This document shows positions 18,367-25,656 of a stretch of DNA of 25,822 nt, piece by piece (the stretch's first letter is position 1; each line of letters starts with the position of its first letter). Where the stretch lies: the IMG/VR virus record IMGVR_UViG_3300011335_000211, positions 1 to 25,822 of that record; one strand, given 5' to 3'. The stretch is from a virus (Duplodnaviria > Caudoviricetes). Made by a program: the position numbers and the translations under genes. Below the pieces are notes generated by a model, which worked only from the letters and a program-made list of their open reading frames with translations, did not search any database and was not told where the DNA came from.

Positions 18367-18484
18367 CACAATAAACTGAGTAGGTTTAGTGAGCAATTAT
18401 ACAAAGATTTGTGACACAATTTTACTGTAAAAGCTAACCACTACCGTATATTTGCATGAATTTTTCCACTATAAAGTTGCTTAC

Positions 18485-18542
18485 AACTAACATAGTAGCT
18501 ATAATGGTGCCTTAATGTAAGATATAACTAACATATTAGCTA
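18485..18542 (+). repeat. 17-bp direct repeat AACTAACATA(G/T)TAGCTA
   Basis: Copies at 18485-18501 and 18526-18542, one mismatch. Confidence 0.8.
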
Positions 18543-18648
18543 CTTTTTGTCAAGTATATTTAAGGTTATTACCTTACTTATCATGTATAAATTCAGGCTA
18601 TTCCCTTACATTACTTATTTAGAATGATTATTGATAACGTATTTATGT

Positions 18649-18677
18649 AAACAATTAATTGTTTGTTCGTATATTTG
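18649..18677 (+). promoter_or_regulatory. Early promoter (TATATTTG) with perfect 16-bp palindromic operator candidate
   Basis: AAACAATTAATTGTTT at 18649-18664, TATATTTG at 18670-18677, ATG at 18703. Confidence 0.65.
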
Positions 18678-18702
18678 CTTCACTAATTTAAACTAACCAA
18701 TT

Positions 18703-18873
18703 ATGAACAAAGACGAAATGATTAAAATTATTTTAGCTTACGCAAACGAGCTAAATGACAACTACATTGAAAACCGGGACGCTTTCGGAATTTTAGACGA
18801 CGACACAAAACGCGCAGTTGCAAAATGGCTTGTGATTGATGAATTAATGGAACGCTTAAACTTAAAAAAATGA
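18703..18873 (+). CDS. Small hypothetical protein (56 aa), first early gene
   Basis: Manually translated MNKDEMIKIILAYANELNDNYIENRDAFG...RLNLKK. Not in the ORF track. Has a promoter and A-rich start, and ATGA overlap with the next ORF. Confidence 0.75.
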   Translation: MNKDEMIKIILAYANELNDNYIENRDAFGILDDDTKRAVAKWLVIDELMERLNLKK

Positions 18874-19007
18874 GAAAGAAACTATCCGACCTAATCTATT
18901 ACTTTACACCCCTCACTGATGAGCATAGAGACATTTTAAGCACCTCTGCTGTGTTTATATTGTTTTGGGTGGCAATCTATACATTATCTTATATTACTAA
19001 CCTTTAA
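18870..19007 (+). CDS. Small membrane protein (45 aa)
   Basis: MRKKLSDLIYYFTPLTDEHRDILSTSAVFILFWVAIYTLSYITNL, one TM helix, translationally coupled. Confidence 0.65.
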   Translation: MRKKLSDLIYYFTPLTDEHRDILSTSAVFILFWVAIYTLSYITNL

Positions 19008-19018
19008 AACGCTTTAAA

Positions 19019-19351
19019 ATGAATTTAGAAGATTTACAAGTTGAGAAGTATACAGCATCTATATGGTATGAGACTTATCATATTGAATTTATACTTGATT
19101 TTGAGTGGAGCTTTGTCTCTTTTGATCCTGAAACTAATGAGTGCATAGTAGATGTATTCCTAGTGAAAGGTGAGCAGTGGTGTAATAACGTATGCCATCC
19201 CTTCACTCCTAATAAAGATGAGCTGAAAGAAATAATAACAGCTATTGAGGATAGCATCCTAGAAGACCCTGAGAGATTTGGTGTATGCCAGTGGGAAATG
19301 GATAACAAAGAATATCAAAAAGAACTTAACAATGATAGAGATGATAGATAA
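19019..19351 (+). CDS. Acidic hypothetical protein
   Basis: 110 aa ORF in a tightly packed early cluster. Confidence 0.7.
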   Translation: MNLEDLQVEKYTASIWYETYHIEFILDFEWSFVSFDPETNECIVDVFLVKGEQWCNNVCHPFTPNKDELKEIITAIEDSILEDPERFGVCQWEMDNKEYQKELNNDRDDR

Positions 19352-19517
19352 TACAGCACCTACACCCACTCACTTTAGCCTTAAGGCAAAGATGGAGTGG
19401 TGGAAAAATAAAAAGAGTGAGGGAGATAAAGGGGGGAGCTTCAACCTACAGCTTTACTTAGACTACCTCAGCTTACAGGATCATAAACCTAAAGACCAGG
19501 CTAATGAAACGCTTTAA
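19332..19517 (+). CDS. Small hypothetical protein
   Basis: Likely start ATG 19332 or 19341 (in frame with the track ORF at 19278). Overlaps both neighbours. Confidence 0.6.
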   Translation: MIEMIDNTAPTPTHFSLKAKMEWWKNKKSEGDKGGSFNLQLYLDYLSLQDHKPKDQANETL

Positions 19518-19659
19518 AGTAACCTACAACTATTTTGATGGTGGTAAGAAAAGGATAGGCATCAGGATCTTAGAAGCCCTGGATAGAGATCACGCAATAA
19601 TGTTAATGGCTATGTGGCCCAAACTAATACTAAAAGTAGAACAGTATGAAAAAATATAG
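19504..19659 (+). CDS. Small hypothetical protein (51 aa)
   Basis: Manually translated MKRFKVTYNYFDGGKKRIGIRILEALDRDHA...EKI. Fills the gap with overlaps on both sides. Confidence 0.65.
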   Translation: MKRFKVTYNYFDGGKKRIGIRILEALDRDHAIMLMAMWPKLILKVEQYEKI

Positions 19660-19816
19660 AGTATGGCTAGAGGATATCGTAGAGCCTAATGGTGGCTTTT
19701 GGTGGAACTGCTACCTAGGTGATGATGGTAAATTGTATGATTATATCTATACAGATCAGCAGGCAGATACACTAGAGTGGTTTATTAAACATGATTATAT
19801 AATAGAAGAGTTATGA
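19646..19816 (+). CDS. Small hypothetical protein (56 aa)
   Basis: Manually translated MKKYRVWLEDIVEPNGGFWWNCYLG...IIEEL. ATGA overlap with the next gene. Confidence 0.65.
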   Translation: MKKYRVWLEDIVEPNGGFWWNCYLGDDGKLYDYIYTDQQADTLEWFIKHDYIIEEL

Positions 19817-20433
19817 ATATCAAAGCAGAAGTAATTAAACGCTACCCATTTGAAAGCACTGCTCTAATAGCTCAGGATCTAGGGGTAAAAATAGGGAAGG
19901 TGTATAACATAGCTTATAGGTTTAAGATATATAAGGATAGCACCTACCTTAAGACCGCAGCAAGTGGTAGATATAAGGAAGGGATGAGAAGTGGTGAGGC
20001 CTTCCAATTTAAGCCAGGGCACATCCCAAAAAACAAAGGGCAAAAGATGCCTGCAGATGTTTATGAGAAGGTGAAGCATACCATGTATAAGAAAGGCAGC
20101 AAGCCATACAATACTCAACCCATTGGAACCATCCACAATAGAGCAGATACACAGGGTAGACTTTACCAATATATCAAAATTAAAGACTGTCACTGGGAGC
20201 TACTGCAAAGATATGTATGGACTCAGGCAAATGGGGAGATACCTGCAGGATATGTAGTGATATTCTTAGATGGCAATTATTTAAACTGCGAGCTTAACAA
20301 TTTGCAAGTAATAAGCAGAAGAGAAAATATGGCACGTAATACAATACAAAGATACCCTGCTGAGCTGCAGGAGATAATGAAATTAACATGTAAACTAAAA
20401 CGTAAAACAAATGGCAAACAACAAACTAAGTGA
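19813..20433 (+). CDS. HNH_3-like endonuclease-domain protein
   Basis: FKPGHIPKNKG and YVW...GEIPAGYVVIFLDGNYLNCELNNLQVISRRENM (HNH_3 pattern, with His positions substituted). Confidence 0.75.
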   Translation: MNIKAEVIKRYPFESTALIAQDLGVKIGKVYNIAYRFKIYKDSTYLKTAASGRYKEGMRSGEAFQFKPGHIPKNKGQKMPADVYEKVKHTMYKKGSKPYNTQPIGTIHNRADTQGRLYQYIKIKDCHWELLQRYVWTQANGEIPAGYVVIFLDGNYLNCELNNLQVISRRENMARNTIQRYPAELQEIMKLTCKLKRKTNGKQQTK

Positions 20434-20653
20434 TTTAAGAGATCACATCTTTATGGCATTAGAAAGATTATCTGATGAGGGATTAACAACAGAGCAGGTG
20501 GCTAGTGAAGTAGACAAGGCAAAAGCAATAGCTCAGCTCAGTGCTTCTATTATAGCCAGTGCTAAGGTAGAGATAGATTATATAAATGCAGTAGGATTAG
20601 TGGATAGTCAAAGTGAGCTATTCAAATCAGTTAACCCAAAACTATTACAATGA
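20411..20653 (+). CDS. Conserved helical phage protein
   Basis: NKLSDLRDHIFMALERL...KAKAIAQL pattern, a type recalled as a frequent neighbour of this HNH family. Confidence 0.7.
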   Translation: MANNKLSDLRDHIFMALERLSDEGLTTEQVASEVDKAKAIAQLSASIIASAKVEIDYINAVGLVDSQSELFKSVNPKLLQ

Positions 20654-21012
20654 CTAGACTAGAAGAGGTGCAATACATAATAGATAAATTTGATCTTAAA
20701 GAGAAATGCAGGTATATGCCTGTACTATATCGCAGATACTACCTGTATCATGTGCTCCAAAAGGATGGCATGACCTTATCTCAGATAGGTAGGTTATTTA
20801 ATCAAAGCCATGCAACAGTTATAAATGGTATGACTAAGCACACCATCTACACAAAGCAAAAGGATCCTGCTTATATGCTGCACACAAAAGAGCTCAGAGA
20901 GCAGTTTGTGCTGCCACAATACTATAAGCCCCTTAAACAGCGTGTTTTGGAGTGCTACACTATTGATAAATTAGAGAAACTTAAAGAGCAGATCAGATGC
21001 AACTATTACTAA
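20650..21012 (+). CDS. DNA-binding protein with DnaA C-terminal (domain IV)-like HTH
   Basis: TLSQIGRLFNQSHATVING resembles the DnaA signature SLxxIGxxFxRDHTTV. Confidence 0.7.
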   Translation: MTRLEEVQYIIDKFDLKEKCRYMPVLYRRYYLYHVLQKDGMTLSQIGRLFNQSHATVINGMTKHTIYTKQKDPAYMLHTKELREQFVLPQYYKPLKQRVLECYTIDKLEKLKEQIRCNYY

Positions 21013-21013
21013 C

Positions 21014-21262
21014 TGTGCAAAGTAAAAATAGAAAAAATAAGTTTGCACATAAGTTTGCACAAAAAATAGTATTGATTATCAGATACTTAATGGCAAAAGT
21101 GCAAAGTTTTGAGAAAAAGCCCCTACCCTATATATAATGTACTACCACTTGAAAAAAAAAAAGTAAAAAAAAAGTCAAACTTTGCACAAAGCCACGCCAG
21201 TACTAGGGGAAGGTGTGCAAAGTGGGGTGCAAAGTTGATTGTTAATAAAAAAAGATTGCACA
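21014..21262. repeat. Iteron-like repeat array, probable replication origin
   Basis: GTGCAAA(G/C)T copies on both strands near 21015, 21040, 21052, 21099, 21179, 21215 and 21227, plus a degenerate copy near 21255. Long A tracts at 21152-21173. Upstream of the primase-helicase. Confidence 0.75.
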
Positions 21263-21263
21263 T

Positions 21264-21296
21264 TTTGTATCAGTATTGAATTAATTAATATATTTG
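21264..21296 (+). promoter_or_regulatory. Bacteroidota-type promoter for the replication operon
   Basis: TTTG (21264-21267)-N21-TATATTTG (21289-21296), matching the -33/-7 consensus. Confidence 0.7.
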
Positions 21297-21300
21297 TCAA

Positions 21301-21387
21301 GATAATCACCCTGATTAACAAAACATTTTGAGAGTATAAACCCCTGCCATCTTATCATAGGGTGATTTATCGGCAGGGGCTCTCTTT
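21301..21387 (+). promoter_or_regulatory. Structured 5' leader of the primase-helicase gene
   Basis: Stem CCCCTGCC/GGCAGGGG (21341-21348/21372-21379). Its loop is complementary to 21301-21315. Confidence 0.6.
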
Positions 21388-21401
21388 AATATAGGAAAAA
21401 T

Positions 21402-23750
21402 ATGAACTTAATTGACTATGCTAATGAGCTCCAAAGTGAAGGACTTAACCCTCTACCACTTAAAGATAATAAAGCCCCAATGCTTGAAGCAGGGCATAAG
21501 TTTTTATATGAGCCTATTGATAATATAGAAAGTAGATTTTCTAATGCTCAAAAAATAGGTATAGCCTGTGGATTAGTTAGTGAATTTTACTGTATCGATT
21601 TTGATGCTCATAATGATGAGGATATAAGTGAGATATATAATGATTTTATAGCTGTACCTTCTGTAGCTAATATGATATTTGAGGGTATGCTATCCTGTTA
21701 CTCTACTGCAGGAGGTGGATATCATGTATATTTTAGAAGTAAGGATAAGATTAACGGCCAGGTGTTCTCTAAATATAGCACAGGATCTACAATGGTAGAG
21801 CTTCGAGGCAATGGGCAGTATGCTGCCTGCTATCCATCTACAGGATATACTAAGGTAAAAGGTGATGAGTACATTAAGTTAAGCTATTTTGAGGATGATA
21901 TAAATAACCTATTTGATCTAATCAAATCATATAACCAACATCACTCTATTACTTTACCTCATAAAAATACTACAGATAAAAAATGGGCAGAGACATGGAA
22001 AGATACTACTCCTGATGGAAAGTATAACCTAGAAGGTGAAGAGGAGGCTAAGGAGCTGCTTAAGAAAATAGGGTGGCAGTTTTGTAAGAAGAGAGCTGAT
22101 GGATCAGAGTACTGGACCAGGCCTAACAAAGATATAAAAGATGGTTTCTCAGCTACTTTCGGACATCAAAAGAGTATGTTCTATATCTTTAGTGAAGATG
22201 GTAGCTCTATTGAGCCCTTTAGTAGTAAACAAAGCTATTCACCATTTAACATATACACCTTAGTTAATCACCAGGGAGATTGGAAAAAAGCTAAGGATGA
22301 ATTGAAATTAAGGTATAATATGCCTGATGATGACTTTTGGAGTACTACACAAAATGGAGCTTACAATTTAAACAATTTAAGGTTTAAGAAGTTCTTAGAT
22401 AATCATGACTTTTTTAAGAATAGCCCTGAGCCTAATGGCACATTTCAGATGATTAAAAAGGAAGGTATATTTTTAAACCAAGTATTTGAGAAAGATGTGA
22501 AAGATTACGTATTAGATTACATCTTAGATAATAAGAAACCTGAGGGAGTATATAACCTGATGAGTGGTAACCTTAAGTTTTTTAAGAGGGAGTTTTTAGG
22601 TATATTGAGTAGCAGAGATATATCCCTACTAAAAGATACTAAAGATTGTGCCTACTTATTTTATACAAATTGCATAGTTAAGGTTACTAAAGATGATAAA
22701 GAGGTGCTATCTTATGCCGATATGGATCTATCTATATGGAGAGACCAGGTAATAGATAGAGATTTTGTAAAAGTAGATCACCACAAATCAGAATTTCGCA
22801 CTTTTATATGGAATATTTCAGGCAAAGATAGAGATAAGTACAAAGCATTTCAGACTGTTATAGGTTACCTCCTGCACAGTTATAAGGATAGAAGTAATAA
22901 CAAAGCAATTATCTTTAATGATGAGGCAATATCTGATGTACCTAATGGTAGAAGTGGTAAAGGTTTATTTTGGAATGCAATGGGCCATCTTAAGAAGGTG
23001 CAGAGCTTAGATGGTAAGACCTTTGATTTTCTTAATAAGTTCCCTTATCAAAATGTATCTACTGCCTGTCAGATATTAGTATTTGATGATGTAAAAAAGA
23101 AGTTTAATTTTGAGAGCTTATTTAGTGTGATCACTGAGGGTATCACCATTGAGTACAAAGGTAAGGACAGTATAAAGCTAGATGTAACTAACAGCCCTAA
23201 GATTATCATCACAACTAACTACACCATCTCAGGTAACAGTGCATCCTTTAATGCTCGAAAGTATGAAGTAGAGATGGCTAATACCTTTAGTGATAAGTAT
23301 ACTCCTGTAGATCTATTTGGCCATGAGCTCTTTAATGATTGGGATGATCAGGAATGGGCCTGCTTTGATAACTACTGCCAGGAGTGTATACAAATATATC
23401 TTAATAAAGGGCTTATACCTATGCCTACTAAGAATTTAGAATATAGAAAGATATTAGATGATATTAGCAGTGAGATGTATTTCTTTTTTGAGGATCTCAA
23501 AGCTGATACTTTCTACTCAGTTAAAGAGGAGCTCTTTGATAGCTTTAATAATCGCTTCCCTGAGAAGAGGAGCTATACTACTCAGAATAAGATAACTATA
23601 AATTTTAGGAAGTGGTGCGAATATAAAGGGTATACTCCTGATGATAATAGGAATGGTGGCAGCACTAAGCTATCCTACAGCTTACAGGAAAAAATAGAAG
23701 AGGAAGAGGATATATGGGATGGTATAAATAGAACAGCAAATAAAATATAA
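21402..23750 (+). CDS. Bifunctional primase-polymerase (Prim-Pol/AEP) fused to P-loop helicase
   Basis: AEP motifs CIDFD and STAGGGYHVYF. Walker A GRSGKG, Walker B ILVFDD, motif C IITTN (SF3-like). Confidence 0.9.
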   Translation: MNLIDYANELQSEGLNPLPLKDNKAPMLEAGHKFLYEPIDNIESRFSNAQKIGIACGLVSEFYCIDFDAHNDEDISEIYNDFIAVPSVANMIFEGMLSCYSTAGGGYHVYFRSKDKINGQVFSKYSTGSTMVELRGNGQYAACYPSTGYTKVKGDEYIKLSYFEDDINNLFDLIKSYNQHHSITLPHKNTTDKKWAETWKDTTPDGKYNLEGEEEAKELLKKIGWQFCKKRADGSEYWTRPNKDIKDGFSATFGHQKSMFYIFSEDGSSIEPFSSKQSYSPFNIYTLVNHQGDWKKAKDELKLRYNMPDDDFWSTTQNGAYNLNNLRFKKFLDNHDFFKNSPEPNGTFQMIKKEGIFLNQVFEKDVKDYVLDYILDNKKPEGVYNLMSGNLKFFKREFLGILSSRDISLLKDTKDCAYLFYTNCIVKVTKDDKEVLSYADMDLSIWRDQVIDRDFVKVDHHKSEFRTFIWNISGKDRDKYKAFQTVIGYLLHSYKDRSNNKAIIFNDEAISDVPNGRSGKGLFWNAMGHLKKVQSLDGKTFDFLNKFPYQNVSTACQILVFDDVKKKFNFESLFSVITEGITIEYKGKDSIKLDVTNSPKIIITTNYTISGNSASFNARKYEVEMANTFSDKYTPVDLFGHELFNDWDDQEWACFDNYCQECIQIYLNKGLIPMPTKNLEYRKILDDISSEMYFFFEDLKADTFYSVKEELFDSFNNRFPEKRSYTTQNKITINFRKWCEYKGYTPDDNRNGGSTKLSYSLQEKIEEEEDIWDGINRTANKI

Positions 23751-23752
23751 CT

Positions 23753-24346
23753 ATGAAAAATTATGTAATGAATGAAAATGAGCAGATTTTATATAACCGA
23801 GAAGGTATGTATAAATGGGAGGAATGGAGTAATGAGTTAGATTTATTAAATTGCTCAGGTGAGCATGAATTGGAGTATAGATATTTTATAGGTGATAGTG
23901 GTAGAATAAGTTTATATTCTCAATGTATTCAATGTGGTCATAGAGATGGTAATGGTAGCAGCTTAAAACATAACTTAGTGCCTGATCTTAAAGAAAAAAT
24001 ACAGTTAAAACAAATAAATAAATTTGACACAAAATTATTAAATGAAAAAAGCCCTACCTATGAAAAGTATTTTGCATATAGGTCACAAAAATTAGAAGAA
24101 AATAAACAAGTAGAAAAGGCTTACCGAAAGGAGTTTTATAGTGAATATATGAAATCTGATAAATGGAAAGCAATTAGGTTAAAAGTATTAAAACGAGATG
24201 ATTATCTTTGTCAAGCCTGTTTAGATGCACCAGCTCAAGATGTTCATCATAAAACATATGAGAATATAGGTGATGAGTTAATGTATGAATTGATTTCAGT
24301 ATGTAGACATTGCCACTTTAACCGTATACATAAAGATAAACTATGA
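23753..24346 (+). CDS. HNH endonuclease
   Basis: W..IRLKVLKRDDYLCQAC...DVHH...L.SVCRHCH, plus an extra N-terminal CIQCG motif. Confidence 0.85.
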   Translation: MKNYVMNENEQILYNREGMYKWEEWSNELDLLNCSGEHELEYRYFIGDSGRISLYSQCIQCGHRDGNGSSLKHNLVPDLKEKIQLKQINKFDTKLLNEKSPTYEKYFAYRSQKLEENKQVEKAYRKEFYSEYMKSDKWKAIRLKVLKRDDYLCQACLDAPAQDVHHKTYENIGDELMYELISVCRHCHFNRIHKDKL

Positions 24347-24804
24347 ACAAACAAAACAAACAGAGACTACATGAGCTCGAGGAGAAGTACATGAGCTACA
24401 GGTACCCATCAGCACCAGGGCACATCATCCCCTTCACTAAGTACTCAGATGCTACAGCTAATGGATTAACTAGATGCATTACTGACTTCCTTAACCATTC
24501 AAAGCACCAAGCTGAGAGGATTAATACAATGGGAGTATTCAGGCAGTCATATAGAACAGATGGCACTAAGACTGCAGGGCAGTGGACTAAGGGCACAGGC
24601 ACTCCAGGATCTTCTGATATATCCGCTACTATTTATGGGAGATCTGTAAAGATAGAAGTTAAGATTGGTAAGGATAAGCAGTCAGTAGTGCAGAAGCAAT
24701 ATCAGGCAATGATAGAAGCTGCAGGAGGGATCTATATCATAAGCAAGACCTTTGATGATTTTGTGGAGTGGTATGATGAATTTAGCCAAAACTACCAAAA
24801 TTAG
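24343..24804 (+). CDS. VRR-NUC / PD-(D/E)XK nuclease
   Basis: PGSSDI...KIEVK...QS..Q..YQ..IEAAGGIY motif. Confidence 0.8.
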   Translation: MNKQNKQRLHELEEKYMSYRYPSAPGHIIPFTKYSDATANGLTRCITDFLNHSKHQAERINTMGVFRQSYRTDGTKTAGQWTKGTGTPGSSDISATIYGRSVKIEVKIGKDKQSVVQKQYQAMIEAAGGIYIISKTFDDFVEWYDEFSQNYQN

Positions 24805-24863
24805 CCACCTTTGGCGAAGTATAACACTAAAATATAATTAACGTACATCCTTAAAATATAGAA

Positions 24864-25067
24864 ATGAAAGCAACCCTAGAATTTAATCTGCCTGAGGACC
24901 AGGAGGACTTTAACCATGCTACCAATGGCTTCAACTATTACATGGCACTTGTAGAGATGGATCAGTGGTTACGAAGTGAGTACAAATACAATGGTAAAGA
25001 GGATATGTATGAGGTGAGGGAGAAGCTAAGAGAAATAATTTTAGAAAATAATGTGAAAATAGATTAA
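24864..25067 (+). CDS. Conserved small phage protein
   Basis: 67 aa. MKATLEFNLPEDQEDF is a recurrent N-terminus in aquatic phages (from recall). Confidence 0.75.
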   Translation: MKATLEFNLPEDQEDFNHATNGFNYYMALVEMDQWLRSEYKYNGKEDMYEVREKLREIILENNVKID

Positions 25068-25074
25068 TAAGTAG

Positions 25075-25082
25075 TATATTTG
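25075..25082 (+). promoter_or_regulatory. Bacteroidota-type -7 box for the recombination operon
   Basis: TATATTTG 22 nt upstream of ATG 25105. Confidence 0.65.
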
Positions 25083-25104
25083 TAAACAATTAATAAACTA
25101 ACCA

Positions 25105-25656
25105 ATGGAAAAAACAACTACAAGGGCTGTAAAGCCTAAGGAGGTTGAGCAGCAGCCTGCTCCCTTCTATGTGAGGCTTCACCAAGCTAAACAACTAATC
25201 GGTAAAGTACATAAGAACGCTACTAACCCCCACTTCAAGAAGTCCTATGCAGATATCAATTCTATCCTAGAGACTGTAGAGCCTATCTTATTACAGCATG
25301 ATCTGTTATTACTACAGCCTATAGAGGGTGGTAGTGTGTGCACTCAGATAGTATGCATATACACTGGATTTAGTATCTCTAGCTGTATGACTTTAGATCT
25401 TAGCTTAGATGCACAGAAGCAGGGCTCACAGATCAGCTACTTTCGTAGGTACACTATACAGAGCTTACTTACTTTACAAGCTACAGATGATGATGGGCAT
25501 ATAGCAGCAACTGCTAAGCCTAAGATGGATGCAAAGAGATTTGCTGAGGCTGTTAAAGCTATAGCTGATGGTAAGTATACTGTAGAGAAGTTAAAGGATA
25601 GCTTTGATCTTAATGATACTCAGATTAATTCACTCCTACTAATACCTATGATATGA
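25105..25656 (+). CDS. erf: ERF-family single-strand annealing protein
   Basis: KNATNPHFKKSYADINSI and GSQISYFRRYTIQSLL...DDDG signature. Confidence 0.9.
   Translation: MEKTTTRAVKPKEVEQQPAPFYVRLHQAKQLIGKVHKNATNPHFKKSYADINSILETVEPILLQHDLLLLQPIEGGSVCTQIVCIYTGFSISSCMTLDLSLDAQKQGSQISYFRRYTIQSLLTLQATDDDGHIAATAKPKMDAKRFAEAVKAIADGKYTVEKLKDSFDLNDTQINSLLLIPMI

Noticed and set aside
18451-18464. 14-nt reverse-complement match (AAAATTCATGCAAA) to the protease gene near 11356
   Set aside because: A few matches of this length are expected by chance in 26 kb of AT-rich DNA, and the match is mid-gene with no structural context.
18456-18515. 19-aa ORF right after TATATTTG at 18447
   Set aside because: The ATG is only 1 nt after the box, so it probably precedes the transcription start. 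No coding evidence.
18370-18665. Possible mini-CRISPR array
   Set aside because: Only one pair of 17-bp repeats with a 24-nt gap, no regular repeat-spacer series and no cas genes.
21387-21395. TAATATAGG before the primase-helicase ATG as a fifth late motif
   Set aside because: Lacks the upstream ACA at 16-nt spacing, so it was not counted.
1164-24602. Short alternative-frame ORFs in the track (1164-1361, 3383-3595, 6617-6862, 7535-7723, 10219-10410, 10895-11077, 11095-11364, 17186-17389, 19078-19308, 19879-20193, 24396-24602)
   Set aside because: They lie within or antisense to well-supported genes and show no recognisable motifs or initiation signals.
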